A stretch of 64,000 bases of DNA, from assembly GCA_040437565.1 (NCBI GenBank), contig JBDOQK010000002.1, positions 992,001 through 1,056,000 on the forward strand. Direction: 5' to 3'. Below, piece after piece: positions 13,833-26,353 of the stretch. The notes under the pieces were generated by a model. It worked only from the letters and a program-made list of their open reading frames with translations, was not told the DNA's origin and did no database searches. The DNA comes from Albugo candida (Eukaryota). The position numbers and the translations under genes were made by a program. How positions within the stretch are numbered: the first letter of the stretch is position 1; every line of letters starts with the position of its first letter.

Positions 13833-16800
13833 ATGTTTCGTTTTTCACGCAAATTCTCGACCGAACCCTCAGTAACATGCTACGACAGCAACACATCCTC
13901 AACGAACTCTCCGGCTTTGACACGATCAACATTGCGCAAAATTTTTAAGAAGCATAGAATGCGCTCGCAGTGCAATACATCCATGTCCTTACCGAGCGAG
14001 GCGGACGATGATTTTGCTGACGATTTTTACTCTTCTAATCCAGTCTCCGATGAGTCCTCCCTACAGTCTGGTTCAGTGCATAAAAGTCACCGTAAATTCA
14101 GACCGGAACGAACAGAGTCGGAAAGTACGCAAAAACAAATAGAGGCATTTCGTGATGAAATTAAAGGCATGCGCAAAGAGATTCAAAATGTACGGCAAGA
14201 ATTAATTGAAGCGATACAATGCACACGCTATGACATCTTGAAAGAGATTGTAACTTTAAAAGGCCAAGTTGCAACAATGAGTATCAAGATCGACAGTCCA
14301 ATCAATGCCAAAATCAACAAGCTAAACCACACGACTGCAAATGGGAGTGCATGTAGTGAAGGTGCAGATGACAACGAGATCCTTTCCAATTTTGTCACTC
14401 CAGATAGGAGCACCGTACTCAGCGATTGTAGCCACATCACCAGACTCGTTTCTCAGAGTAGTATCTTAAGGGAGTCGGGTTTGCCTACCTTAATGACAAT
14501 GGATGAAGCCAACCTTTCGAAGCCGTTGAGTAAAGATGAAATTGATGAAATGTTCCCATTGATTGATTGCTCCGGTGATGTTGAATCGAATGCTTTGAAA
14601 CTAGCAAGTGGAACACGGGGTTGGGCTCTTGATCATATAACGAAATGGATTCAAAGCAATTTTGAAAATGGAAACGAACGTGTCTTAACGATAGTTGGCG
14701 AAGGAGGAGCAGGCAAAAGCACGCTTGCGGGTTATGTTTGCCAGAAGTTTGCTGCAAATTTGCACGCATATCACTTCTTCCAGTTTGACCGCAAATTGGG
14801 ATCGTCCTCACGCGATGTAGTTTTATCATTAGTGAGCCAATTTGCCTCCAAGCTCCAACTTTACAAAAGACAACTCACTCGTTTGAATCTGCGATATATC
14901 TTGGCTGAATCAAACCCGCTAGTTATGGCAACCAAACTTCTCATCGATCCACTCCGTGCCATCCCGGAATCAGACTCTACCTTTGGATTTGTACTATTTG
15001 ATGGAATCGACCAGTGTCTGGTGAAAAATCAATCTAATGATCTACTAGAGTTGCTCTCTCACATCACGGAGCGGTTTCCAAGCTGGATCGGCTTTGTCGT
15101 GACCAGTAAAGCATTTCCAGCATTCGCTGCGAGATTGAAGACCAACTCAGTTATACATCTTGATGGAAGCAATGTCCATTTCTTACAAGATTCTCGTATC
15201 CTCATGGAAAACTTACTATTATATTTTGAGCCAAAGCACACAAATGAAGCTTGCGACATTCTCATGCGAAAAAGTGGTGGTAACAGCTTGTATCTTCAAT
15301 TCATAAATAGAGCCCTGTCTCATCCAATACTCCACGGCGAACAAACCTTCTTATCACTAGACGTTCTCGACGAGCTGCCAGAATCTGTGGATGAAATTAT
15401 TTTCACAATTTTTGATGATAAGTTTGGGCAAGGACACCAGCGCGTATGGAAAAATGCAAAACCGATNNNNNNNNNNNNNNNNNNNNNNNNNNNNNNNNNN
15501 NNNNNNNNNNNNNNNNNNNNNNNNNNNNNNNNNNNNNNNNNNNNNNNNNNNNNNNNNNNNNNNNNNTGATTTTGCTGACGATTTTTACTCTTCTAATCCA
15601 GTCTCCGATGAGTCCTCCCTACAGTCTGGTTCAGTGCATAAAAGTCACCGTAAATTCAGACCGGAACGAACAGAGTCGGAAAGTACGCAAAAACAAATAG
15701 AGGCATTTCGTGATGAAATTAAAGGCATGCGCAAAGAGATTCAAAATGTACGGCAAGAATTAATTGAAGCGATACAATGCACACGCTATGACATCTTGAA
15801 AGAGATTGTAACTTTAAAAGGCCAAGTTGCAACAATGAGTATCAAGATCGACAGTCCAATCAATGCCAAAATCAACAAGCTAAACCACACGACTGCAAAT
15901 GGGAGTGCATGTAGTGAAGGTGCAGATGACAACGAGATCCTTTCCAATTTTGTCACTCCAGATAGGAGCACCGTACTCAGCGATTGTAGCCACATCACCA
16001 GACTCGTTTCTCAGAGTAGTATCTTAAGGGAGTCGGGTTTGCCTACCTTAATGACAATGGATGAAGCCAACCTTTCGAAGCCGTTGAGTAAAGATGAAAT
16101 TGATGAAATGTTCCCATTGATTGATTGCTCCGGTGATGTTGAATCGAATGCTTTGAAACTAGCAAGTGGAACACGGGGTTGGGCTCTTGATCATATAACG
16201 AAATGGATTCAAAGCAATTTTGAAAATGGAAACGAACGTGTCTTAACGATAGTTGGCGAAGGAGGAGCAGGCAAAAGCACGCTTGCGGGTTATGTTTGCC
16301 AGAAGTTTGCTGCAAATTTGCACGCATATCACTTCTTCCAGTTTGACCGCAAATTGGGATCGTCCTCACGCGATGTAGTTTTATCATTAGTGAGCCAATT
16401 TGCCTCCAAGCTCCAACTTTACAAAAGACAACTCACTCGTTTGAATCTGCGATATATCTTGGCTGAATCAAACCCGCTAGTTATGGCAACCAAACTTCTC
16501 ATCGATCCACTCCGTGCCATCCCGGAATCAGACTCTACCTTTGGATTTGTACTATTTGATGGAATCGACCAGTGTCTGGTGAAAAATCAATCTAATGATC
16601 TACTAGAGTTGCTCTCTCACATCACGGAGCGGTTTCCAAGCTGGATCGGCTTTGTCGTGACCAGTAAAGCATTTCCAGCATTCGCTGCGAGATTGAAGAC
16701 CAACTCAGTTATACATCTTGATGGAAGCAATGTCCATTTCTTACAAGATTCTCGTATCCTCATGGAAAACTTACTATTATATTTTGAGCCAAAGCACACA

Positions 16801-17271
16801 AATGAAGCTTGCGACATTCTCATGCGAAAAAGTGGTGGTAACAGCTTGTATCTTCAATTCATAAATAGAGCCCTGTCTCATCCAATACTCCACGGCGAAC
16901 AAACCTTCTTATCACTAGACGTTCTCGACGAGCTGCCAGAATCTGTGGATGAAATTATTTTCACAATTTTTGATGATAAGTTTGGGCAAGGACACCAGCG
17001 CGTATGGAAAAATGCAAAACCGATCTTGGAGGTGATTGTAGCCGCAGCGGCTGGTCCCTATCCGCTGGTTGGAGAATCACAAATAAAACAGCAGTTCGAA
17101 CTCAGAGAGAATGAGTGGCGAATGATCAATCGCGCATTCACCGATATAATACACTGCGGAACTGATGGATATCGAATCATCAATTCTTCGCTGTATGACT
17201 GGTTAGTTGTCGAGAAGCGATCTCAGCATTTCCATTTGAACCCACAAGCCGGAATCAAGTTTTTGCGCTGA
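13833..17271 (+). CDS. Intronless coiled-coil + NACHT (STAND) P-loop NTPase, about 626 aa after removing the gap-associated duplication
   Basis: ATG 13833. GTRGWALDHITKWI pre-NACHT motif, Walker A GEGGAGKST, Walker B-like FVLFDGIDQ, KSGGNSLYL helical-domain motif, YRIINSSLYDWL winged-helix motif. 14009-15466 is repeated at 15567-17024 across the gap. Confidence 0.85.
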
Positions 17272-17432
17272 AGCTTCGCCAAGAAAGAATAGAATAATAA
17301 AAAATTGATTTGCAGATGATGATGATCAGAGTAGCATGTTGCCGATGCATACATGCTTCCTCGATAAAACCGTTCTATATCTTTGATCCCATGAGATGGT
17401 TGTCAGACGCTTGAGCGATTACATGGTATACA

Positions 17433-19097
17433 TCACGGCCTGGTGCGGCTAAACTCATGAAATTCTACGACTGATTCTTTTTGCGATCTAGCTTGATTGA
17501 ATTGCTGATTTATCAAATGAATCCAACCAGTCCTACTTGCAGCATGGTGGAAGCCATATGCCAAGTAAGATAATAAAGCCGCAAGAATCCAGGCGCATCC
17601 TAATGAGATAGGGAGTGTACCTAATTGGGAGATCAAATACCAATCCATTAAAATCGCTATGCTTGGGAGATAAGGAACAAATGGTGCATGAAAGTTCGAT
17701 GGATTACTGCTTTCTTGCGGGCAATTCCAAGCAAACACGACAGTCGTTACAAAAGTGAGTCCTAAAAGCGAGAGCGCAATTATTAGACAGATCTCGGACT
17801 TGGCATCTGCATATCCTTTCTGATAAAGAAACGCAGCGATGCCAGTTGCTGCTACGATCACGTAAATGTATCTTGGCGCTGAATGAGGCGATTTATCCAT
17901 TGTTCGCACCATTAAGACGGCAGTGTTGGACATGATGAAAGAAACCAGTATACCAAAACTTACAATGTCCCACAATATGGTGAAAGGAACAGTGAAGGCA
18001 AGTATCGTAAGAAGTGTTCCGGTAATCAGAGTGTTCCAAAACATATTTCCATTGTCATCAATCTTGGTAAAAATTTTGAATAAAAGCCCATCACACGCAA
18101 CGACATAGTTCAGGCGAGGTTGTGCTACAAAGCAAACAAGGACGACTACCGGCATTGTGATAATTTCACCTAGTCGAATGAAGCTAGCTGCCCACTTCCA
18201 GCCAACATTCTCAAAGCCCGCGGAAAAGCTTGTCGCGTTTTCATACGGGATCAAACCTGACAAGACGAATGAGGCTGCTACGCTTAGAATCATCGTCAGA
18301 AGAACCACGATAATCACTGCTAACGGCATTATTTTTCTTGGGTTTTTTGCTTCTGCCGCAAGACAGCAGACTTCGTCAAATCCAATGTACCCAAAGAAAG
18401 CCTGCGCAGCTCCAGTGATGACTCCCTGGTATCCATACTTTTTATTGACTGTATCGCGCGGAGGAAGAAATGGGGAAAGATATTCTTTTCGTAGCGCCAA
18501 TGTACCAGCGACAATGATGAACATGACGATAAGGCACTTTGTCACTGTTATTGAATTGATCGCCAATTTACCGCATCGAAACCCAGAGAGTAAAATCAGC
18601 ACACACCCGGCTTGAAGTATAGCTCCGAGGACATTAGAATATTCCAAATTTAGCCACTGGTAGCTATCCGAAGCAATCCAGTCAGAAACTTTCTCGGCCC
18701 AGCTTCGGGCAACGCCCGCTCCGGATACCCCATACTCCAATGTGAGCAACCATGCAGCAACGATCGCAGGAGCTTCACCAAGCGTATGATAAACGTATGC
18801 ATAAGTGCTTCCAGACGAAGGAATACGCGTCGTTAACTCCATGTAAGCGAGCGAATTGATACAAACAACTAGTCCACCAATAATCCAGCTTACAATTGCA
18901 GCTGGCCCAGCTGTCTCTGAGATGATTGTCCCAGCCGTTGCAAAAATTCCGCTTCCAACAGTTCCACCAATTCCAATGCACACCAAATCAAATAACGATA
19001 ATGAGCGTGGAAGTTCGGACAAGCTTTCTTCTGTTTCGACGATGTGCATCGGCTTCCTGATAAAAATATGATGTTTCTCTGTCGACATTTTAGTCAT
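17433..19097 (-). CDS. Cationic amino acid transporter (APC superfamily, CAT family), intronless, 554 aa
   Basis: LSLFDLVCIGIGGTVGSGIF, AGPAAIVSW, YMELTTRIPSSGSTYAY, FFGYIGFD, EAKNPRK, FHAPFVPYLP; many hydrophobic helices. Confidence 0.93.
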   Translation of the reverse strand: MTKMSTEKHHIFIRKPMHIVETEESLSELPRSLSLFDLVCIGIGGTVGSGIFATAGTIISETAGPAAIVSWIIGGLVVCINSLAYMELTTRIPSSGSTYAYVYHTLGEAPAIVAAWLLTLEYGVSGAGVARSWAEKVSDWIASDSYQWLNLEYSNVLGAILQAGCVLILLSGFRCGKLAINSITVTKCLIVMFIIVAGTLALRKEYLSPFLPPRDTVNKKYGYQGVITGAAQAFFGYIGFDEVCCLAAEAKNPRKIMPLAVIIVVLLTMILSVAASFVLSGLIPYENATSFSAGFENVGWKWAASFIRLGEIITMPVVVLVCFVAQPRLNYVVACDGLLFKIFTKIDDNGNMFWNTLITGTLLTILAFTVPFTILWDIVSFGILVSFIMSNTAVLMVRTMDKSPHSAPRYIYVIVAATGIAAFLYQKGYADAKSEICLIIALSLLGLTFVTTVVFAWNCPQESSNPSNFHAPFVPYLPSIAILMDWYLISQLGTLPISLGCAWILAALLSYLAYGFHHAASRTGWIHLINQQFNQARSQKESVVEFHEFSRTRP

Positions 19098-19204
19098 GAT
19101 TCACACTGAGGACTTCCTGAACCAACCACGTTCATAGTGGGATTCTTTCGAATACCAACTACACTCTATGACTTTATACGACCCGAAAACACATTGTTCG
19201 ATTG
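19098..19204. promoter_or_regulatory. Probable compact bidirectional promoter between permease (-) and JMJD5 (+)
   Basis: Only 107 bp separate the divergent start codons at 19097 and 19205 (the latter predicted). Confidence 0.45.
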
Positions 19205-20831
19205 ATGTCGCATGCACGAAAAGAATCTGCGTGTCGTGACTTCGTGCAATATATTTATTGTGATCGGAAGTTTGAATGGAGTAAGACTTCATTCTTTATA
19301 TGCGTGAAAAGCATTATAAAGTAATAATTTACTCAAGGCTTGAGAGAAAAAGGCGGAGCTGGTCTGGTATATCTATTGCGTCAATGCAGTGGCTATGAGA
19401 AAGTAAATGACATGATGCAGCTCGAGAGAACTGCATCTGAAGCACGCCAAAGAATTTGGGAGTATTTGCATTCCGGCAGTTGGAAAGATATCGATCCGAT
19501 TTTTCGGCGTGCTTACGCTTATGCTAGCATTTTTCATGTATGGCGATGTCTGTGTACTATTTCCTCCCTCCTTTCTAATCAAGTTTTATTGGAAGGCAAT
19601 GGTCTTTGACGAGAGACAGGAGTATACGTCAGCTCTTGAGACTATAGATTTTGTAAGTGTGATTTAGGAGATGGAATGAGTTGAGTTAATCAAAAAATTC
19701 AGGCACTGATTTTGACAGGAGCGGACTGTTTTCCGCACCACATACACGAACTTGTTTCACATTTTGAAGAACAGATCCATTCATCGGAAGAAGATTCGAA
19801 GGTTATATCAACAAGCGAATATCAACAATCAGTATAGTGCTCAAGTTTTATCATCATTACCTAGCATATCATCATACTCCCCAGGCCGTAGTCGATCGGG
19901 AAATCAAATACCCACTTGGAGGCGTATTACTGCCATCATTGTATCGATTTCAACGGTCATTCATGCAGCTAAAGTAGGATTTTATATCATACCGAAAAGA
20001 TAACAACCTTGTCTTATTGTCAAATACAACGAAGCACACCCGTTGTAATACGAGGCGCCATGGATTGCTGGCCAGCGCTTGGTCATGAGAATAATGAACG
20101 ATCGTGGAAAGATCTGAACTATATTCGAAAAGTTGCAGGTCTACGTTCTGTGCCTATCGAGGTTCGTGTAAACTTCAATACTTGATTGTGATAATTACAA
20201 CTGTACAAAAGTAGATAGGCCAAAGCTACATGGATGATGATTGGGGTCAAAAAATTATGACAATAAACAAATTTATGGATGAATTTATCATTTCTTCATC
20301 TAGCGATACGCAAAGAATTGCATATTTGGCACAGTATTGTCTCTTCGACCAGGTTTGATAACTTTCCAATTCGAGTTGCTGCAAAGCTTATGAATACGTT
20401 GTGATCTCATAAAGATTCCTTGTCTCGCCAAAGACATTCAAGTTCCAGACTACTGCTCAGCATTGCGTCAAAATGAAGATCTCGACTCTGATACTGACGT
20501 AATTATCAATGTCTGGTTCGGTCCGCAGCATACAATATCACCGCTGCACTACGATCAGAAGGATAATTTGCTCTGTCAAGTTTTAGGCACAAAGTATATC
20601 CGTCTCTACGCTCCCGATCAGAGTGAAAAGCTTTATCCTTCTGAAGGAATGATGACTAACACAAGTCAAGTTGACATGGCGAACCTTGATACAAAGAAGT
20701 TTCCTCTATTTAGTTCGGCCCCTTACTTGGAATGCATACTGGAGGAAGGTCAAATGCTCTATATTCCTCCTAAATATTGGCATTTCGTGGAGTCTTTGAG
20801 TGTGAGCTGTTCAGTAAACTTCTGGTGGTAA
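19205..20831 (+). CDS. KDM8: JmjC-domain hydroxylase JMJD5/KDM8-like, multi-exon
   Basis: IWEYLHSGSWKDIDPIFRRAY, GLRSVPIE/IGQSYMDDDWGQ, AYLAQYCLFDQ/IP, VWFGPQHTISPLHYD (HxD), LYIPPKYWHFVESLSVSCSVNFWW*. Start inferred at ATG 19205 with intron 19281-19337. Confidence 0.88.
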
Positions 20832-20838
20832 TTTTTTA

Positions 20839-23082
20839 CTAAATCTGTGAAAAGTGTTGGGTTAGACGATCAAAATCACGTGTCTCAATCATTTTGTGCA
20901 ATGTTTCCAAATTCTGGTGGCCGTTTACACCTCGAGATTTGCACGTATCTACATATAAATTTACCAGTATGATTTTGAGATATTCCATATTTACATGATC
21001 GCTATCTTCTTTACCAGTCTTCAAGATGCTTTGATACTCAGGTGCTAACCAGCTCGTATGATCAGGTTCGTGCAATTGTATTTCTGTCAGTCCTTTAAGA
21101 AGCTCCGATCGAGAGGATGAGGCATGATTTTCCTCGAAAAACGGGCGAACATAGTCCAACATGACATTTGTCGACTCCTTTTTCACATCCACCAGTACAT
21201 TGACATCGATTTTCCGCAATGCTGCCTCCTGTGATAGAACTTCTTTCACAATAGCGATAGTAGAAGCCGATGCGGAGGCAAAAAAAGCCTCATCTTTCTT
21301 GTATCGACAAATCAAAACACTTCCCAGTAAAACATGCTTGTACAACAATGACATTTTCTCATCCTGTAACCTTACTGGGACATCTGCTAGACATTTTGCA
21401 ATCCATTCATGAATTTGGATCAATGTAAAGTTTCCACTTATTTTGATTGTGTTAATGGCACGGCCCATATCGGTATCATCGGCCTCAATTACACGATGAT
21501 GGAGCGATAATGGTTTAATAAAATGGCGGACACTCACTGCACTCTGAGGTGCCGTGTCAGTGATTGCGTTCACTTCGATATCCCCGGCTTGCCCCTCGAA
21601 TGTCTTTATTCGCAGACTAAACCGAGATGTGGCGTCCATGCAACGAAATGTCGCCAGGTATTGTTGACTCGAAAGCTTTGTGCTATCAGTTCTGCTAAAA
21701 ATGGCAGTAGTCAATTCATTTCTATAGATTTCGATGGGTGCTGCAGAAAACAACGTTATCATTTGAATTTTTACTGGTAGCTGTATCGACAAATCATAAT
21801 ATCCTTGTTCTGGATTCAGCTGGAGTTTGGAAGTCATCAAGATGTCCTCAACCACGATTTCGTATTCTTTGTCCTTACATCGCCCAATTTTGTCTTTTTC
21901 TTTCACAATTTTGTCTTGGAGAATGCGAATTTCTTTGCGGATATTTGACACTCGAGTATCTCGTTGCTTCATTTCGCTAGTGCGTCCGTGATTATCAACG
22001 GGTGCTGATTCATTTTCTGTCCTAGGACTAAACAAAAAAACCTTTCCTGAAAATGTGCACGCGATAATTTCGTTGCATCCTCGAGATGAGATACTCCCAC
22101 TCTTGACAGTACGAATACTCTCATTGACGAAGCATTCATAAATTTGTTCAATGTTTCCATCTATATCATACGTGAAGACTTCCATGTATCCATCGTCGCG
22201 ACCTATAATCAATTCACATTTGCCATCTCCATTGATGTCATAACATATCATGGAATTGATAGAACCATTTTTTGTGCCACTCAGCGCCTTCATCCATATA
22301 GACTGCAGATTTTTTCCGTCGAATTGAAGTAAGCCAACATGGCCGAGATTTGTTGCATACATTATTTCACTCATTTCGCTGGTTGCACTCGAGCATATAG
22401 ACGTTACGGGTACACCTACGTACTCTTGGCAACATGGAGCGGAATTTAGAATAATGCGGACAGAACAATCTTGGCAAGCTAGAGCTGTGAATGACTTATT
22501 CTGACCATCGAAAAAAGATAGTATGGTCATATCGTTGATTTTATCCGGGCACATGTATGCGCTATTGTCAGAGCCACCTCCATATTTACTGACAATAGAT
22601 TCGGTGGCTGCACAGAGGTTACTGTCTATGGCAAAAATTTTCACGATACTTTCCGCAAGGTTGCTTTGGAATCGATAAAACTCCTTTCCTTTCTTATTGA
22701 TTCCATACACAAATTTGTTTGTTGATATAAAAACCTTTTCTGCATTCTCTGGGCACCCTCCTATCTCGATACAAGTGATCCGACTATCAAACGCAAGGGG
22801 TTTGAATAGTAGCTACAAAAATTGTAAGGATCAGGTGTGTACGTATATAGCCGACGCACCTGAGCTTCACCATTTCTGATCTGGAAACCCGAAACGTTGC
22901 CAAATTCATCGCCGACAATAAATTTTTGCTATTTACATGATTTGTGAGTAAAAAATAAAAAGCCAACGTAAATCAATCAAACTCACTTTTTTTTTCTTCT
23001 TGCTCAGCGGCAGCAAACACAATGCATATCTGCTAGAAATTGGCCCGACTTGGAGCACTTCCGTGTGCTTCAGACTCAACAT
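20839..23082 (-). CDS. BBS7: Bardet-Biedl syndrome 7 protein (BBSome subunit), 3 exons
   Basis: Spliced N-terminus MLSLKHTEVLQVG...KKKKK/QKFIVGDEFGNVSGFQIRNGEAQ/...EKVFISTNKFVYGINKKGKEF. Also ELIIGRDDGYMEVF, IKPLSLHHR and ISGNFTLIQIHEWI. Confidence 0.92.
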
Positions 23083-24088
23083 GGTACGTGCGACCGTTCC
23101 AGGAATAGTCGAGAACTGGTTGACTGGCATGCGTGATGTTTGATGCATTGATTCTTGGTGATATTGTAGCTAATCACAACTTTCTTGCGTTTTCTTTACC
23201 GTACAAGCAAGCTCGATGCAAAATATACACCACGAGAAATATCCTTTCCGAGAGACATGAGATTTGGTTCATTAAAAATATTCAGATCTCTTGGAATGTA
23301 TAATTCCCTCAAACTAGAATATCAGCATAGTCGGTATTTAAGCAAAAGTTGGAATCAGATGCTAAACATGCATTCCATATTGCCTCCAAGATTTAACACT
23401 TCTCTCAAGGCATCCGATCCCAGCATCTTTCCACCTCTAAATTCTTGACGCATCTACGGGGTTCACATGCAGATAATTTCAGTCGGCTTTGCAATTTCTG
23501 TTTGGCAGATAGCTGGGTGGCTGAAGTGAAATCTTGAAGAAAAAAGGAAAGTCGGCATTGCTCTCTGCGTTCGCTATTCCGAGTAAATGCAATTTTCTGA
23601 TCTGTTCGAAGTAGCATGCAGGCTTTTTCTAAGATTTGTTAATGACAAGAAAGTAGTAGATCATGAAAAGCAGGCTAAATGCATGTGGAAGTCTTTCCCT
23701 TTCCCATTTTGCGGTAGTGATGTTGGTATTAGTACTTTCGTATTGTTCTACAGTTTGCATTAATACAGTCTCGTAATTATGTGCAAGTTCAACTTCAAAT
23801 GTTTATACTGACATAATTTTTTAAGTGAGCTTCTTCTGTCCTAGAAGCTAAGAATGAGGTTCAAACTGATAGATGCCCAATGAATCTAATTTCTTCAGTG
23901 ACTTCTGCAAGCTTGCCAAAATAAAATAATTGAAGTAGTTTGAATAGGTTGCTGCACATCCGACTCTGGTTGAGTACTATGTCATCCTAACTTGACCACA
24001 CTGGCCGTTGACATATTTGGGCTCATCGAAGGACCGCATTTCCCTGTATAAGTTTTGACAGGATATACGACGTGATCGACTGGCTGTA

Positions 24089-26353
24089 ATGACACTTTCA
24101 ATTGAGTCTGCACGTGCTTGTGTGGAAAGCTTACAACAGTCCAAACCTTATCCAGGAATTGTTACCATATGTGGTGGTGGCAACGGTGCTCATGTTGCTG
24201 CAGGGTATATTGCATCCAAAGGCATTCGAGTGAACGTACTCACCCGTCAACCTGATCGCTGGAATGATACGATCGAAGTGATAACCAAAGGATCCAGCTG
24301 GGAATCGAAAGGATCCATAAACGGAAAGCTGCATCTAGTATCCAAGTCTGCAAGATACGTGATCCCGGATGCCGATTTGATTATCCTTGCAGCGCCAGCA
24401 AACGCACATCCAGATATACTCCAAGACATATCCGAGTATATCAAGGACGGAGCAGTATTGGGTGCTCTGTTTGCTCAGGGAGGTTTCGACTGGGCGGTGA
24501 AGAAAATCTTGAATACCAAAATGCTGCAGCTTGATATGGTGACACGCTCCCTTTATCGGCAGCTTGATCGTCATTTCTGATGTTGTCCTATATTGTGCTA
24601 AGATATTCGGTCTCCAGAACATCCCATGGATTTGTAAGACGCAAAAATACGGGTAAATATCGTGCAAAATTTTCTTACCTTGAGATCATGATTTTCACAA
24701 GTTTGGGTGCGATCAACTTGTAGACACAATGCACGGATGATCGGACCGAAGAAAAAATTGTTTGTTGCTTCTTACCCAGCTGAGAAAAGGGATCATGCTG
24801 CTAGATTGCTGGAGTCTCTATTTGATATTCCATGCAATCCTGTGTCAAACTTTTTGACTTTGACGCTGACTCCGTCGAACCAAATCATTCATCCCGCACG
24901 CTATTATGCAATATTTCAGGATTGGGATGGCGTGAGAACATACACCAGAGCAGAACTGGAGAAAAGGGGGGGAATGACACTTTGTAAGTAAACTGCATAT
25001 ACTCAACCGGTATTTTGAAATATTCACACGCCAACTTCCACAGACGCTGACTTCGATGAAAATTCGGCTGAGCAATTGGCGATGCTTGACAATGAGCTGC
25101 AACAGATCAAGCTTGCTATACTCCGCGTAGGTTACTCAACGATCCTAGCAGAATATGCGCTGATCATAGATTGTACAGAAATTCCCTGCTTTAGATTTGT
25201 CAGACGTGCTTCCGATCGGGAAACGCGTAATCAAGCACTACGGAGCTGATGTCAGCGACAGATCGTCTTTACAAAAAATATTCGCGACAAATCTTGGGTA
25301 TGCCGGTTGTGCAACTCCTCTTGTTGAGGTCACGCAGAATCGTTTCATACCAGCCGTACATAGTCGACTGTTCTGGGAGGATATTCCGTTTGGCCTGTGC
25401 ATCCTCAAGTGCATAGCAGAGCTATCAGGAAATTTCCCTACACCACGTCTCGATTTCATGATTCGTTGGCATCAGNNNNNNNNNNNNNNNNNNNNNNNNN
25501 NNNNNNNNNNNNNNNNNNNNNNNNNNNNNNNNNNNNNNNNNNNNNNNNNNNNNNNNNNNNNNNNNNNNNNNNNNNCTGACTCCGTCGAACCAAATCATTC
25601 ATCCCGCACGCTATTATGCAATATTTCAGGATTGGGATGGCGTGAGAACATACACCAGAGCAGAACTGGAGAAAAGGGGGGGAATGACACTTTGTAAGTA
25701 AACTGCATATACTCAACCGGTATTTTGAAATATTCACACGCCAACTTCCACAGACGCTGACTTCGATGAAAATTCGGCTGAGCAATTGGCGATGCTTGAC
25801 AATGAGCTGCAACAGATCAAGCTTGCTATACTCCGCGTAGGTTACTCAACGATCCTAGCAGAATATGCGCTGATCATAGATTGTACAGAAATTCCCTGCT
25901 TTAGATTTGTCAGACGTGCTTCCGATCGGGAAACGCGTAATCAAGCACTACGGAGCTGATGTCAGCGACAGATCGTCTTTACAAAAAATATTCGCGACAA
26001 ATCTTGGGTATGCCGGTTGTGCAACTCCTCTTGTTGAGGTCACGCAGAATCGTTTCATACCAGCCGTACATAGTCGACTGTTCTGGGAGGATATTCCGTT
26101 TGGCCTGTGCATCCTCAAGTGCATAGCAGAGCTATCAGGAAATTTCCCTACACCACGTCTCGATTTCATGATTCGTTGGCATCAGCAGTATATGAATGTG
26201 GAGTTTTTGAATGCGGATGGCCAACTCAATGCCCAAGAAATGTGGCGAACGGGGACACCGTATAAATACGGAATTCATGATCTTCGTGATTTGGTCTCGA
26301 CATCTTTACCACAGGAAATGCGACAATATCGACACCCTCGATCACGTATATAG
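24089..26353 (+). CDS. NAD(P)-dependent opine (octopine/tauropine-type) dehydrogenase, 5 exons; internal 610-bp duplication across N gap
   Basis: Rossmann VTICGGGNGAH, LAAPANAH, GLQNIPWIC, SNQIIHP and SRLFWEDIPFGL match the Octopine_DH family. 24866-25475 is repeated at 25576-26185. Confidence 0.88.

Noticed and set aside
14009..17024. Apparent tandem double NACHT (586-aa and 626-aa ORFs)
   Set aside because: An exact 1458-bp repeat either side of an N gap. The ORFs read through Ns, and one gene explains it.
23150..23720. Possible small spliced gene on the minus strand upstream of BBS7
   Set aside because: An intron-like GT..AG and a short open frame exist, but there is no recognisable homology or reliable start.
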